Source: Vulcanimicrobiota bacterium
GTDB lineage: Bacteria; Vulcanimicrobiota; Vulcanimicrobiia; Eremiobacterales; Eremiobacteraceae
Direction: 5' to 3'
NCBI GenBank assembly: GCA_963812135.1
Contig: CAWETU010000001.1
Span: 800,001-864,000, forward strand
DNA: 64,000 nt
A program made the position numbers and the translations under genes. Below are positions 38,621 to 48,942 of the stretch, piece by piece (the stretch's first letter is position 1; every line of letters starts with the position of its first letter). The notes under the pieces are model-generated. The model was not told where the DNA came from and did not search any database. It was given only the letters and a program-made list of their open reading frames with translations.

Positions 38621-39976
38621 TTACGCGAGCGATTCGCCGATTTTTTCAACGCCAAACGCCAATTGTTCGGTCGCGATGACGAGCGGCGGCGACAGCGAGA
38701 GCACGTTGTTGCCGGGCCCGCCGGCGAGCACCACGACGCCGCGACGCAGCGCCTCAGTGACCGTCTTCGACGCTCGCGCCTGATCCGGCGCGCCGTCGTC
38801 TCCCACAAGCTCGATCCCCCACATGAGTCCACAGCCGCGAACGTCGCCGATACAAGGACCCACCTTCTCCGCCAGGGCCTTCAACATTTCTCCTAACGCC
38901 GCACCGGTGGTGGCCGAGCGCGCAACGAGGCCGAGCCGCTCGATCTCGCTGATCGAGGCGAGCGCCGCCGCGCACGCCGTCGGATGACCGAGGAACGTGC
39001 TCGTGTGCACCGACTCGCCTTGCGATACCGGCCATGCGTCCATGACTTCCGCGCGTCCGATGCACGCCGAAATGGGGAAGCCCGAGGCCATGCCTTTGCC
39101 GACGCACAGCAGATCGGGCACGACGCCGGCGTGCTCGCACGCGAACCAGCGACCGGTGCGGCCGAATCCGGTGTACACCTCGTCGACGATGAGCAGCAGC
39201 TTACGGCGATCGCACAGCTCGCGCAGCTCGAGCAGCCAATCGAAGGGCGCGTCGACGTCGCCGCCGCGGCCTTGGATCGCCTCGACGATGACGGCGCCGA
39301 TGGTATCAGCGTCTTCTGAGTCCATCGCCTCCTCGACGAAGCTCAGGCATGCGTTCTCGCACGCCGGATGCGTAAGACTTAAGGGGCAGCGATAGCAGTA
39401 TGCATACGGCACGCGCGTCGCGAAATGCCCGAGTTGCTTGTCGAACGGCGCGCGGAAGAAATCGCGATCGGTGACCTCGAGCGCTCCGTAGGTCAGCCCG
39501 TGGTAGGCGCCGGTAAAGCACAGCACGCCCGGCTTGCCCGACGCGACCGCCGCGGTCTTGAGCGCCGACTCCACCGCTTCGGCGCCGGTCGAAGAGAAGA
39601 TGACGCGCTTGGCGCCCTCTCCCGGGGCCAACGCGCACAGTTTTTCTGCGAGCGCGACTTTGACTTCATTCGGATGCACGTCGCCGATGCCGTGCAACAG
39701 CAGCTCGGCTTGCTCCGCGACGGCTTTGACGACCGCCGGATTGCTATGGCCGGTCGCGGCGACGCCGAACGCGGCGGTGAGATCGACGTAGACGTTGCCG
39801 TCGACGTCCACCAGATTCGCACCGCTGCCGCGCTCGAAGAAGACGGGAAAGCGATCGCTCGCAAAAGTGATGTTCGGGCTCTCGACGTCGCGCAGCCGGC
39901 GCATCAACTCGCGGCTGCGAGGTCCGGGCGGATCGACGACGATGCGGCCGAGCTCGTTGCCGAGCGATGTGCTCAT
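38621..39976 (-). CDS. Class III PLP-dependent aminotransferase
   Basis: DVDGNVYVD, TGAEAVE, AYHG, DEVYTGFGRTG, PDLLCVGKGM, STFLGHP. Confidence 0.93.
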   Translation of the reverse strand: MSTSLGNELGRIVVDPPGPRSRELMRRLRDVESPNITFASDRFPVFFERGSGANLVDVDGNVYVDLTAAFGVAATGHSNPAVVKAVAEQAELLLHGIGDVHPNEVKVALAEKLCALAPGEGAKRVIFSSTGAEAVESALKTAAVASGKPGVLCFTGAYHGLTYGALEVTDRDFFRAPFDKQLGHFATRVPYAYCYRCPLSLTHPACENACLSFVEEAMDSEDADTIGAVIVEAIQGRGGDVDAPFDWLLELRELCDRRKLLLIVDEVYTGFGRTGRWFACEHAGVVPDLLCVGKGMASGFPISACIGRAEVMDAWPVSQGESVHTSTFLGHPTACAAALASISEIERLGLVARSATTGAALGEMLKALAEKVGPCIGDVRGCGLMWGIELVGDDGAPDQARASKTVTEALRRGVVVLAGGPGNNVLSLSPPLVIATEQLAFGVEKIGESLA

Positions 39977-41151
39977 GCGGCTTGGAAATCGCGCGGCGTG
40001 GGGCGATAGCCGAACGGCGGGCGCTGCATTTCGCCGAGCTCGCAGAGCCGGCGCGCGCCGGCCAGCGCGAACGCCGAGCGGTCGCGTTCGGGGGTGTTCA
40101 GCGCGAATCCGATCGTCTCGACCGGCCGCCCGAAATGCTTGAGCTGCGTCACGACATCCCGCGCGCTGGGCGCGTGCTTGACGATCACGATGCGCCCAAA
40201 GCCGGCACACGTCGGCTGCCCGAACGGCTCGAGCGCGACCACGAATTCGGGCACATTCTGGCGCAGCAGGCCCTTCACGAGCGTGTCGAGCCCATGCGGC
40301 AGCGGCGCTACAGCGGTCAGCCCCAAACGACGGACGAAATCGGCGACCTGCGCGCCCTCGTCTGGTGCGAAGGCGGCGCGTGGCAGCTGACCGGCTTTGG
40401 AGCGGATCTCGCCGGCCAGCGCGCGCGTGAACAGGAGCGCTTTTCCATTGTCGCCTGCCACGTAGATGGTCTGGGGCGACATGCAGCCACGCTGATCGAA
40501 CAAGCACACATCCGAGGCAGCTGCGGCGGCAGCCTTACCGACCTCCGCATCGGCGTGGAGGTAGCCGATGCTGTATGACTCGCCATACCCCGTCACGCGG
40601 ACGTGCGATGCGCGATCACGGACCTGCTCGATCGTCGCGTCCTCGCCGAAGACGATCAGATTGTCGATGCTTGAAAGCGCGGCCGACTCCGCGTCCAGAT
40701 CTCCGCCGCGCCAATAGCGCGCCTCGACCAGGCCGCGCAGCGGAGCGCCCGATTCGTCGAATTGGCGGCTGACGATCTGCGCGAGGTGCTGCTCCGCGCT
40801 CGCAGCTTTAAGAATGGTCGGGGTCTCGGCTATGGCCGCGCAAAACGCGGCGTGGATCGCCGGCCCGATTATATTGCCGGGGAGAATCACCACCGTCCGA
40901 GCACCCGCTCGGACGGGCACCCGAGCGTTCGCTCGGGTACTACATTCTTCTATGAGCGCCAGAGCGCGAGGCTCGTCCAGATCCCACAGCGCGTTGTCGA
41001 GCGCCGCTTCGACCACCTCGGCGGGCCAGATCCCGCCCGCGAGCGCTTCACGCGCCCGTGCGCGGACCGTCGACGCGCGATCGCGCCACTGCGCCGCTGC
41101 GCTCGCGATCGCATGCGCGCGGGTGACGCCGGCGGCGATCTCGGTTTTCAT
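39973..41151 (-). CDS. LuxC-like acyl-CoA/acyl-protein reductase
   Basis: ILPGN, LKAAS, VFGEDATI, catalytic-Cys motif FDQRGCMSPQ, RLCELGEMQRPP. Confidence 0.82.
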   Translation of the reverse strand: MKTEIAAGVTRAHAIASAAAQWRDRASTVRARAREALAGGIWPAEVVEAALDNALWDLDEPRALALIEECSTRANARVPVRAGARTVVILPGNIIGPAIHAAFCAAIAETPTILKAASAEQHLAQIVSRQFDESGAPLRGLVEARYWRGGDLDAESAALSSIDNLIVFGEDATIEQVRDRASHVRVTGYGESYSIGYLHADAEVGKAAAAAASDVCLFDQRGCMSPQTIYVAGDNGKALLFTRALAGEIRSKAGQLPRAAFAPDEGAQVADFVRRLGLTAVAPLPHGLDTLVKGLLRQNVPEFVVALEPFGQPTCAGFGRIVIVKHAPSARDVVTQLKHFGRPVETIGFALNTPERDRSAFALAGARRLCELGEMQRPPFGYRPTPRDFQAA

Positions 41152-42257
41152 GACAGTGCCGCATCGATGGCGATGCTGCAGCCTCTCGGCGGCTCGCCTG
41201 GCGCGCGTCCGAACAGCTCGAAGCCGCCGTCGACGTGACGCGCAAGATCGCCGGTCAGCACGGACGCGACAGAGCCGCGGTTGCTCAGGTCGAAGATCTG
41301 CAAGAGCCCGATATCCCCGTCAGGCAAGGGCGCGGCGGTCACGCGATCGACGACAAGCGTCTTGGCCCAGTGCGGCCCGACTTTGAGATGCGTGCGCGGT
41401 GCGTGGCCGCTGGAAAAGTCGCCGAGGTTGGCATCGTACCACTGGCTGCCCAGCTCGCACATGCCGTATTCGGAGACGCAGAGCTCGCGCGGCACGCCGA
41501 GCAGCGCGGAAAACCAGCCATAAAGCTCGTCGCGGTCAACCTCGCGCGATTTGCCCTTGAAACCGCCTGTCTCGACCACTCGACTGCCCGGCGGCAGCGA
41601 GAAGCGCTCGCCTGTGTCGGAACAGCGATCGAAGAGATGGACGAACGCGAAGGCGGTGCCGATGACCAGCACCGGGCTCTCGGCCGTTCGCAGCGCGCGA
41701 GCAGCGCCGGCGAAATCGATCGACGCTCCGTCGTGGAAGAAGCCGTCGCGGGGCGTGCCGAAGACGTCGCTGATCTTTGAGATCATGTACGAGAGCGAAG
41801 AGTTCGGCGCGAGCGAAAACGGCGGCGCAAGCGCCACGACTTGCATCGGGGCGGCGTCGAGCAGCACGCGCTGGCGGAAATGGGTCAAGAGAGACGAGTC
41901 GTACAGTTTCGTGTTCTCGAGCTCGAGTCGCGAGCGGCTCGCATGGGTCGTGCCGCTCGACAAGAATGCGATGCGCGCACGCTCCGGAGGAAAGCACGCC
42001 AATCTGACCTGCGAGAACGCCGCGGTCGGCACGGCCGGCACGTCCTGCCAACGGTACACCGACAACGGAGTGCTGCCTACGCGATCGCAATAGCGCCGGT
42101 ATGGCTCGTTGGCGGCGTACTGATACGCGAACAAGTCGACCGCAAGCCGGCCGAATGCCGCCGCGTCACCGTCCTCGCGCGCGATGAAACGGCCGATGCG
42201 CTCGTCAAGCTCGCCGGCGGATGGCGCGGTGCTGCGAAGCGCCCCTGAAGGTTGCAC
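41148..42257 (-). CDS. LuxE-like acyl-protein synthetase
   Basis: FAYQY, FLSSGTT, ETGGFKG, SEYGMCELGSQ, TGDL, C-terminal GR...RGCS acylation Cys; start uncertain (GTG 42257). Confidence 0.85.
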   Translation of the reverse strand: MQPSGALRSTAPSAGELDERIGRFIAREDGDAAAFGRLAVDLFAYQYAANEPYRRYCDRVGSTPLSVYRWQDVPAVPTAAFSQVRLACFPPERARIAFLSSGTTHASRSRLELENTKLYDSSLLTHFRQRVLLDAAPMQVVALAPPFSLAPNSSLSYMISKISDVFGTPRDGFFHDGASIDFAGAARALRTAESPVLVIGTAFAFVHLFDRCSDTGERFSLPPGSRVVETGGFKGKSREVDRDELYGWFSALLGVPRELCVSEYGMCELGSQWYDANLGDFSSGHAPRTHLKVGPHWAKTLVVDRVTAAPLPDGDIGLLQIFDLSNRGSVASVLTGDLARHVDGGFELFGRAPGEPPRGCSIAIDAALS

Positions 42258-42315
42258 GATGCATGCATTTTTTGACAGGACAACGCGCTTCTCATCCGAA
42301 GCCGGACGACCCACC

Positions 42316-42714
42316 ATGCGGCAGCTCGAGATCGGCTTGACGTCGAGCAATGATTACGTGGCAACCCCCGAGCGGCTTGCAGACCGCTACGGCAATCCGG
42401 GCGTGCCGGTGCTTGCGACGCCGCACCTCGTGCACCTCGCCGAAGCCGAATGCGTGCGCTGCGTCCAGCCGTATCTGCGCGAGGGCGAATCCACCGTCGG
42501 CGTACGCCTCGACGTCCGACACGTGGCGGCGACTCCGGCGGGCATGCGCTTCACGATGCACGCGAAGCTCGCCGAGATCGATCGGCGCCGGCTGGTCTTC
42601 GAGGTCGAGGCGCGCGATGAGCACGGCGTGTGTTTCGCGGGCAGTCACGAACGTTTCGTCATCGAAACGGCGCCGTTTCTCGCGAAGGCGTTGGAGCGGG
42701 GGAAACGGACGTGA
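42316..42714 (+). CDS. FlK-type (fluoroacetyl-CoA thioesterase-like) hotdog thioesterase
   Basis: VLATP...E...TVG...H..ATP (Thr/Glu/His triad pattern), GSHER. Confidence 0.85.
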   Translation: MRQLEIGLTSSNDYVATPERLADRYGNPGVPVLATPHLVHLAEAECVRCVQPYLREGESTVGVRLDVRHVAATPAGMRFTMHAKLAEIDRRRLVFEVEARDEHGVCFAGSHERFVIETAPFLAKALERGKRT

Positions 42715-42718
42715 CGCG

Positions 42719-43354
42719 GTGATCGTCGAGACCATCCCGGTTGGTGCGCTCATGTGCAACTGCGTCATTCTCGGGGACGAGCGCACGAAAGAGGCCATCG
42801 TCATCGACCCCGGCGATGACATCGATCAGATCAGCGCGGTGCTCGACAAACACGGCTTGCGCCTGCGGGCGATCGTCGCCACGCACGGCCATATCGACCA
42901 TGTCGGCGGCATCGCCAAGCTCAAGGCGCTGACCGGAGCCCCGGCGATGCTGCACGAAGCAGACCTTCCCATGTACCAGAATCTCGCCGAACAAGCGCGC
43001 TGGCTCGGCGTGCCGGCGCCGCCGACGACGGACATCGATAAGCATCTAAGCGATGCGCAGTCGCTCGAATTCGGCAGCCAAAAACTCGAAGTGCGGCATA
43101 CGCCCGGCCATTCGCCCGGCAGTGTCTCGTTCGTGCTGCCGCATGACGTGCCCGTGATCTTTGCCGGCGATACGCTATTCGCGGGCAGCATCGGACGAAC
43201 AGACCTGTGGGGTGGTTCGCTGGACCAGATCCTCAGGTCGATCCGCGGCACGCTGCTGCGCATGCCCGATGAGTCGATCGTGCTCCCCGGCCACGGGCCG
43301 CGCACGACGATCGGCATCGAGCGCGCGACTAACCCGTTTCTCGTGGAGAAGTGA
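42719..43354 (+). CDS. MBL-fold metallo-hydrolase (glyoxalase II/YcbL-like)
   Basis: THGHIDH, HTPGHSPGS, GDTLF, GRTDL, PGHG. Confidence 0.92.
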   Translation: MIVETIPVGALMCNCVILGDERTKEAIVIDPGDDIDQISAVLDKHGLRLRAIVATHGHIDHVGGIAKLKALTGAPAMLHEADLPMYQNLAEQARWLGVPAPPTTDIDKHLSDAQSLEFGSQKLEVRHTPGHSPGSVSFVLPHDVPVIFAGDTLFAGSIGRTDLWGGSLDQILRSIRGTLLRMPDESIVLPGHGPRTTIGIERATNPFLVEK

Positions 43355-43764
43355 TGTCAGAGAAGATAGGCAACGTCATACCGCCGCCCTTGCGATTCGA
43401 GATGGGAGCAGCCGAGCCCGCGAACGAGCCGGTTCGCGCGTTCTTGCTCGTCACCATCGATCAAGACCATCAACCACGCGTCGCGGTCCTCGCGCCCACC
43501 GAGGTGAACGCGCTCGACGAGCGGCGCTTGACTGTGAAAGTGCATTCCAAGAGCACGACGCAGAAGAACCTGCGGCGCAGCTTCAGCGCCTTGCTCTGGT
43601 GCGTGTTGGACGGGGCCGCCTATTCGATACGCGGCGGCGCCAAGCTGCACAAAGAACAAGATGAGTACGCGACCTTTGAGATGAGCGTCACCGAAGTGCT
43701 GCGCGACTTCTATGCCGACGCGCCGATGATCTCAGGCCCGACGTTCAAACGGATCCAGAAATAA
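43354..43764 (+). CDS. Pyridoxamine 5'-phosphate oxidase-like (split-barrel FMN-binding) protein
   Basis: LLVTIDQDHQPRVA...STTQKNL pattern; coupled to the previous gene. Confidence 0.6.
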   Translation: MSEKIGNVIPPPLRFEMGAAEPANEPVRAFLLVTIDQDHQPRVAVLAPTEVNALDERRLTVKVHSKSTTQKNLRRSFSALLWCVLDGAAYSIRGGAKLHKEQDEYATFEMSVTEVLRDFYADAPMISGPTFKRIQK

Positions 43765-43766
43765 AA

Positions 43767-43794
43767 TAGCGGTCGAATAAATTCGACCGCTACA
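43767..43794. repeat. REP family A copy
   Basis: TAGCGGTCGAATAAATTCGACCGCTACA between convergent genes. Confidence 0.88.
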
Positions 43795-43809
43795 AAGCCG
43801 CGAAACTGG

Positions 43810-44187
43810 TTAAGAGGCGATGCCGCTTGCGAGCGAGGCTTGCAGCCGCCGTGCGTCCTCGAGCCGCTTGACCACCGGAGCTAGCCGGCTCACCGACGTC
43901 ACTTCGAACAGCTTGCGGATGGCAGGGTTCGCGCACACGACGACGGCACGCGCGCCGGCCTCTTCGAGCCTGCGCAGCGCCATGCTGAGCGCGCCGAAGC
44001 CGCCCGAGTCAGCGCTCTCGACCGACGACATGTCGATCGTGCACGTCCGCATGCCTGCCTCGATAAGCTTGGCGACGGCGCGGGTAAAGCGCCGCGAAAT
44101 GCTCGAATCGAGCTTGCGTCCGACCGAGATCGTGTCCGAAACTTTGAGGGCGCGCCGCGAGGCGAGCGATGTCGTATTGTTCTTCAT
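43810..44187 (-). CDS. STAS-domain anti-sigma-factor antagonist
   Basis: IDMSSVESADSGGFGAL, NPAIRKLFEVT. Confidence 0.8.
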   Translation of the reverse strand: MKNNTTSLASRRALKVSDTISVGRKLDSSISRRFTRAVAKLIEAGMRTCTIDMSSVESADSGGFGALSMALRRLEEAGARAVVVCANPAIRKLFEVTSVSRLAPVVKRLEDARRLQASLASGIAS

Positions 44188-44359
44188 ATGTATTCTTTTA
44201 CGCATCGAACGCGAGCTCGATGCAAACACCTGAGCTTTGCTCAGGTTCTACCTAAGCTTACCTTGCTATGCTGTATATGTTACGAGAATGGGGTGAAAGC
44301 AAGATTAAACGACGGGGAGAAGCGCGGGCGTGCGACCATTGTCGCAGCGAGCTTAAGGG

Positions 44360-44767
44360 CTAGTTAAGCTTGGCGAACGCGTCCGCCGCCGTGCCGGCCT
44401 TTGACCCCTTGCGGTAGTTCTCGATCGTGATGCGCAGCGCCTCAAGAACGCGTTCCGGGTAGTCTTTCTTGCGCTCTGGGTATCCGCCGAGAAAGGCCTC
44501 GATCTGGTCCGGGGTGATGGCCGCCGCCTCGTCCACGGTCTTGCCCTTGGCGAGCTCGGTCAGGATGGCGCAAGTCGCGATCCCGAAGCCGCAACCGGTC
44601 GTGAAATAGGAGATGTCCTCGATGCGCTCGCTGCCGTCGACCTTAAGATAGATCGTATACATATCGCCGCACGAATCGGAGAAATACTCGCCCGTCGCGG
44701 TCGGGTCGGCCATTTGCGCGAACCCCGTGCGATTGGTCACGAGCTCTTGGAACTTCGGGAAATCCAT
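44360..44767 (-). CDS. NifU/IscU-like scaffold paralogue
   Basis: SCGD, GCG, ELAKGKTVDEA; the usual C-terminal HC is absent. Confidence 0.8.
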   Translation of the reverse strand: MDFPKFQELVTNRTGFAQMADPTATGEYFSDSCGDMYTIYLKVDGSERIEDISYFTTGCGFGIATCAILTELAKGKTVDEAAAITPDQIEAFLGGYPERKKDYPERVLEALRITIENYRKGSKAGTAADAFAKLN

Positions 44768-45408
44768 TATTTGCCTCCGGCGTGTGCGGGAATCGCGAAT
44801 TCGCAGATGTCGTCGCCACGGGCGATCGACTGTCGCTGTTCGGCTTTGGCCGGCAACACCTCTTCCATGAGGGCGTGCACGACCGAGCAGACTTCTGGGT
44901 GGGTGGCCACGGTGTCGCGGAAAGGGCAGTTGTGCTCGCGTAGCACGAAGCCGTCGGCGCTGACCTCGTAGTCCGCCACCACGCCTTGCTCGCGCAGGAT
45001 CGTCGTCAATTCGGCGACCCGCTCTTGCGGCGTCTTGCCGGCGAAGCGCGCGGCGTACTTGCGCGCCGAGCGCTGTCCGATGTTGTGGAACAGCTCTTTG
45101 ACCTTGTCGCCGCCTTGCGACGCGGAGATCTCTTCGATCACAGCATTGAGCAATGTGCTGTAGCGCTGCGGGAAGAGCCGCCGGCCCTCGGCCGTCAGTG
45201 AGAAGACCAGGCTGGGTTTGGTCGGCCCGCGCCGCTCGGAAGTCTCGGCCACCAGCCCGTCGCGCTCCAAGCGCGCCAAATGCTGGCGGATGGCGTTTTG
45301 GGTCAGCTCATGCCCGGCCGCCAGCTCGGCGGCGGTCTGTGGGCCGCGCCGTTGAAGTGACTCGACGATGCGTCCGCGGGTCGTTTGGAAAAAGCGTGCT
45401 TCTCGCAT
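44767..45408 (-). CDS. SufR-like winged-HTH transcriptional regulator
   Basis: AIRQHLARLERDGLV HTH, FPQRY, C-terminal HNCPF...C...C Fe-S ligand pattern; divergent from the suf operon. Confidence 0.82.
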   Translation of the reverse strand: MREARFFQTTRGRIVESLQRRGPQTAAELAAGHELTQNAIRQHLARLERDGLVAETSERRGPTKPSLVFSLTAEGRRLFPQRYSTLLNAVIEEISASQGGDKVKELFHNIGQRSARKYAARFAGKTPQERVAELTTILREQGVVADYEVSADGFVLREHNCPFRDTVATHPEVCSVVHALMEEVLPAKAEQRQSIARGDDICEFAIPAHAGGK

Positions 45409-45435
45409 AGTGTTGCCAGGTTTCCCGGCCCCTTA

Positions 45436-45478
45436 AGTATAAGGCACTATTGCAAGAATTTCAACATTTATCTATACT
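45436..45478. promoter_or_regulatory. Overlapping divergent sigma70 promoters for the regulator and sufC
   Basis: Plus strand TTGCAA(45450)-N17-TATACT(45473); minus strand TTGAAA(45464)-N17-TATACT(45441). Confidence 0.75.
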
Positions 45479-45499
45479 ATCTAGGCCGGACCACCCGGT

Positions 45500-45523
45500 C
45501 GGTCGGTTAGAATCGACCGCTAC
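45500..45523. repeat. Degenerate REP family A copy in the sufC leader
   Basis: Minus strand GTAGCGGTCGATTCTAACCGACCG. Confidence 0.6.
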
Positions 45524-45543
45524 GAGCACCCTGAAAGGACCCC

Positions 45544-46305
45544 ATGGCTGACGTTATCCTTGAAGTCCGGGACCTGCACGTCAAGGTCGGCGACAATGAG
45601 ATCATCCGCGGCATCGACCTGAAGATCGAGCGCGGCACCGTGCACGCCCTCATGGGACCGAACGGCTCCGGCAAGAGTACGCTCTCGCTGGTGCTCATGG
45701 GGCATCCGAAGTACGCAGTGACGAGCGGTGACATCCTGTACCAGGGCCGCAGTATCCTCGAGATGCCGACGAACGAGCGCTCGCTGGCGGGCATGTTCCT
45801 CGCGTTCCAGTACCCGTCATCGGTGCCCGGCGTGAGCGTCGCCAATTTCATGCGCAACACGCTGATGGCGCGGCACAAGGGCGATGCGCCCTTGACGCCG
45901 GCGAAGTTTAAGGCGCTGCTCGACAACGCGGCGGCGAAACTCAAGGTGGATCCGAAGGTGCTGGGCCGCTACGTCAACGACGGTTTTTCCGGCGGCGAGA
46001 AAAAGCGCCTCGAAATGCTCCAGATGCTCGTGCTCCAACCCACGCTCGCGATCTTGGACGAAACCGACTCGGGGCTGGACATCGATGCGCTGCGCATCAT
46101 CGCCGAAGGCATCGAAGCTCAGCGCTCGCCCGAGCACTCGATTCTGCTCATCACGCATTACCAGCGCATCCTCAACTACGTGAAGCCGGACAAAGTACAC
46201 GTGCTCGTCAAGGGACGCATCGTCAAAGAAGGCGGACCGGAGCTCGCGCAAGAGCTCGAGCGCACCGGGTACGACCCCATCATCAAAGAATTGGCAACGG
46301 TGTAA
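45544..46305 (+). CDS. sufC: Fe-S assembly ATPase SufC
   Basis: [44 protein letters not shown]. Confidence 0.97.
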   Translation: MADVILEVRDLHVKVGDNEIIRGIDLKIERGTVHALMGPNGSGKSTLSLVLMGHPKYAVTSGDILYQGRSILEMPTNERSLAGMFLAFQYPSSVPGVSVANFMRNTLMARHKGDAPLTPAKFKALLDNAAAKLKVDPKVLGRYVNDGFSGGEKKRLEMLQMLVLQPTLAILDETDSGLDIDALRIIAEGIEAQRSPEHSILLITHYQRILNYVKPDKVHVLVKGRIVKEGGPELAQELERTGYDPIIKELATV

Positions 46306-46306
46306 T

Positions 46307-47719
46307 ATGGCGCTCAAAGAGCAGCAGCTCGTCGACAAAGACTATAAGTACGGGTTCAGCGATCAGACCGAGAGCTACTCGTTCAAGTCGCGCAAGGGCA
46401 TCGATCACGACATCGTCGAGCAGATCTCGCAGATGAAGAAAGAGCCGCAGTGGATGCGCGATTTCCGCCACCGCGCGCTCGACATCTTCCTCGCCAAGCC
46501 GATGCCGGCGTGGGCGCACAACGAAGTCCTCGAGGCGATTGACTTTGACGACATCTACTATTATATGCGCGCGTCCGACCAAGAGGGCAAAACGTGGGAA
46601 GACGTGCCCGAGGACATCAAGCGCACGTTCGATCGGCTCGGCATCCCTGAGGCCGAGCGCAAGTTCCTGGGCGGCGTCACCGCGCAGTACGATTCCGAAG
46701 TGGTCTACCATAGCATCCGCAAGGATCTCGAGGCCAAGGGCGTGCTGTTCTCCGACATGGACACCGGCCTGCGCGAGCACGAGGACATCGTGCGCGAGCA
46801 TTTCGCGACCATCATCCCGCCCGGCGACAACAAGTTCTCCGCGCTCAACTCGGCGGTCTGGTCGGGCGGTTCGTTCATCTGGGTCCCGCCGGGAGTCCGC
46901 GTGGATATCCCGCTGCAGGCCTACTTCCGCATCAACTCTGAGAACATGGGTCAGTTCGAGCGCACGCTGATCATCGCCGAGCCCGGTTCGTTCGTGCACT
47001 ATATCGAAGGGTGCACGGCGCCGACGTTTTCGAGCAACTCGCTGCACTCGGCCGTCGTCGAGCTGATCGCCAAGGAAGGCGCGCACATCCGCTACACGAC
47101 GATCCAGAACTGGTACAAGACGGTCTACAACCTCGTGACCAAGCGCGCGATGGCGCACAAGAACGCGCACGTCGAGTGGGTCGATGGCAACATCGGGTCC
47201 AAGCTCACGATGAAGTATCCTTCAGTCTACCTCATGGGTGAGGGCGCGCGCGGCGAAGTGCTTTCCATCGCGTACGCGAGCGAAGGCCAGCATCAAGACG
47301 CCGGTGCGAAGATGATCCATGCTGCGCCGAACACGACCTCGATCATCACGAGCAAGTCGGTGAGCAAGAACGGCGGACGTACGAGCTATCGCGGTCTCAT
47401 CAAGGTGTACGAAGGCTGCGACGGCGTCAAGTCCAACGTGCGCTGCGACGCATTGCTGATGGATCCCGAATCGCGCTCGGACACGTACCCGACGATCGAA
47501 GTCGACGCCAAGGACGTACGCGTCGAGCACGAAGCGACCGTCTCCAAGGTCGGCGAAGAACAGCTGTTCTACGTCATGAGCCGCGGCCTCACCGAAGTCG
47601 AAGCGACGACGATGATCGTCAACGGCTTCTTCGAGCCCTTCGTCAAGGAACTTCCCATGGAATACGCGGTCGAGCTCAACCGGCTCATCGCGCTCGAGAT
47701 GGAAGGCTCCGTTGGCTAA
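46307..47719 (+). CDS. sufB: Fe-S assembly protein SufB
   Basis: [52 protein letters not shown]. Confidence 0.97.
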   Translation: MALKEQQLVDKDYKYGFSDQTESYSFKSRKGIDHDIVEQISQMKKEPQWMRDFRHRALDIFLAKPMPAWAHNEVLEAIDFDDIYYYMRASDQEGKTWEDVPEDIKRTFDRLGIPEAERKFLGGVTAQYDSEVVYHSIRKDLEAKGVLFSDMDTGLREHEDIVREHFATIIPPGDNKFSALNSAVWSGGSFIWVPPGVRVDIPLQAYFRINSENMGQFERTLIIAEPGSFVHYIEGCTAPTFSSNSLHSAVVELIAKEGAHIRYTTIQNWYKTVYNLVTKRAMAHKNAHVEWVDGNIGSKLTMKYPSVYLMGEGARGEVLSIAYASEGQHQDAGAKMIHAAPNTTSIITSKSVSKNGGRTSYRGLIKVYEGCDGVKSNVRCDALLMDPESRSDTYPTIEVDAKDVRVEHEATVSKVGEEQLFYVMSRGLTEVEATTMIVNGFFEPFVKELPMEYAVELNRLIALEMEGSVG

Positions 47720-48932
47720 GACGGAGTCCTCTGTAGCGGTCGAATTAATTCGACCGTCTCTTAGCCTCGACTCGATCAACGCATCATCCACCACCGAGCC
47801 GTCGTGGCTGCGCGAGATCCGCGCTGGCGCGTTCGGACGTTACGAAGCGATTCCGGCGCCGACCGAGCGCACTGAAGGGTGGCGCAGGCTCTCGCTCAAG
47901 GGCATCGACCTCACGCCGCCGGCGCAGGAGAGCTCTCCATTCAAAGTGACTGTCGCGAGCGTTGATCGCGCGCGTGGCGTGATCGCCAAGACGCTCGCCG
48001 ACGCGCTGGTCTCGCATGCGGAGCTCGTCAAAGAGGCGCTGGTCCAGGCACGCGGCGGCCGCACCGTCGGCAAGTATTCAGCCCTGGCCGAAGCGGCCTG
48101 GCTCGGCGGCGCATTCGTGTACGTCCCCGACGGCGTCGAGCTGAGCGGTCCGATTCTCGTCGAGGCGCAAAGCGGTACCTATCCTCGATTGGTCGTGATT
48201 CTCGGCAAGCAGGCGCGCGCATCGATCGCGGAAACGCACCGCGAGCGGGGGCCGTTCAGCGCGGGCATCACCGACCTCATCGTCGGCGCTGACTCGCGTC
48301 TGACCTACGCGCACGTGCAGGAGTGCGGGCCTGAGACGATCGTCTTCTCGCATCAACACGCGCGCGTCTCCAGCGGCGCGAAACTCGTGACGCTGAATCT
48401 CGGATCCGGCGGCACCCTCTCTAAGAGCGACATCGAAGTCGAACTCCTCGGCAGAGGCGCCGAGAGCGACATGCTCGGTCTGGTGTTCGGCCGGGGAACG
48501 CAGCAGTTCGACTATCATACGCTCCAAGGCCACCGCGCCACCGACACGCACAGCGATCTCCTCTTCAAGAGCGCGCTCGACGGACACGCGCATTCGCTGT
48601 ATACCGGCGTCATCGTCATCGAAAAGGGCGCGCAGCGCAGCGATGCGTATCAGGCGAACCGCAACTTGCTGCTCGCCGAAGGCGCCCGCGCCGACACCGA
48701 GCCGAAACTGGAGATCGAAGCCGACGACGTGCGCTGCACGCACGGCGCAACCGTCGGTCCGATCGACGCAGAGCAATTGTTTTACCTGGCGAGCCGCGGG
48801 CTCGACCGCGACACCGCCGCACGCCTGATCGTCGAAGGCTTCTTCCAAGACGTGCTCGACAAGGTCGGCGACGAGCGCCTCACGCGCCCGCTTGAGACAA
48901 AGTTCGCGCCGCACCTCGAGCACGAGGGCTAG
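47712..48932 (+). CDS. sufD: Fe-S assembly protein SufD
   Basis: TTG start overlapping the sufB stop; [36 protein letters not shown]. Confidence 0.93.
   Translation: MAKTESSVAVELIRPSLSLDSINASSTTEPSWLREIRAGAFGRYEAIPAPTERTEGWRRLSLKGIDLTPPAQESSPFKVTVASVDRARGVIAKTLADALVSHAELVKEALVQARGGRTVGKYSALAEAAWLGGAFVYVPDGVELSGPILVEAQSGTYPRLVVILGKQARASIAETHRERGPFSAGITDLIVGADSRLTYAHVQECGPETIVFSHQHARVSSGAKLVTLNLGSGGTLSKSDIEVELLGRGAESDMLGLVFGRGTQQFDYHTLQGHRATDTHSDLLFKSALDGHAHSLYTGVIVIEKGAQRSDAYQANRNLLLAEGARADTEPKLEIEADDVRCTHGATVGPIDAEQLFYLASRGLDRDTAARLIVEGFFQDVLDKVGDERLTRPLETKFAPHLEHEG
47732..47756. repeat. REP family A copy inside the sufD coding sequence
   Basis: TGTAGCGGTCGAATTAATTCGACCG, read in frame as VAVELIRP. 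Confidence 0.82.
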
Positions 48933-48942
48933 CGACCCCGTC

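Noticed and set aside
38260..38832. ORFs 38260..38529, 38311..38832 and 38357..38611 across the intergenic region
   Set aside because: No motifs, atypical codon use, and they run through the promoter and DnaA boxes; a non-coding reading fits better
39973..42257. Bioluminescence (lux) operon
   Set aside because: No luxA/luxB or luxD in the window; the coupled gene is an aminotransferase
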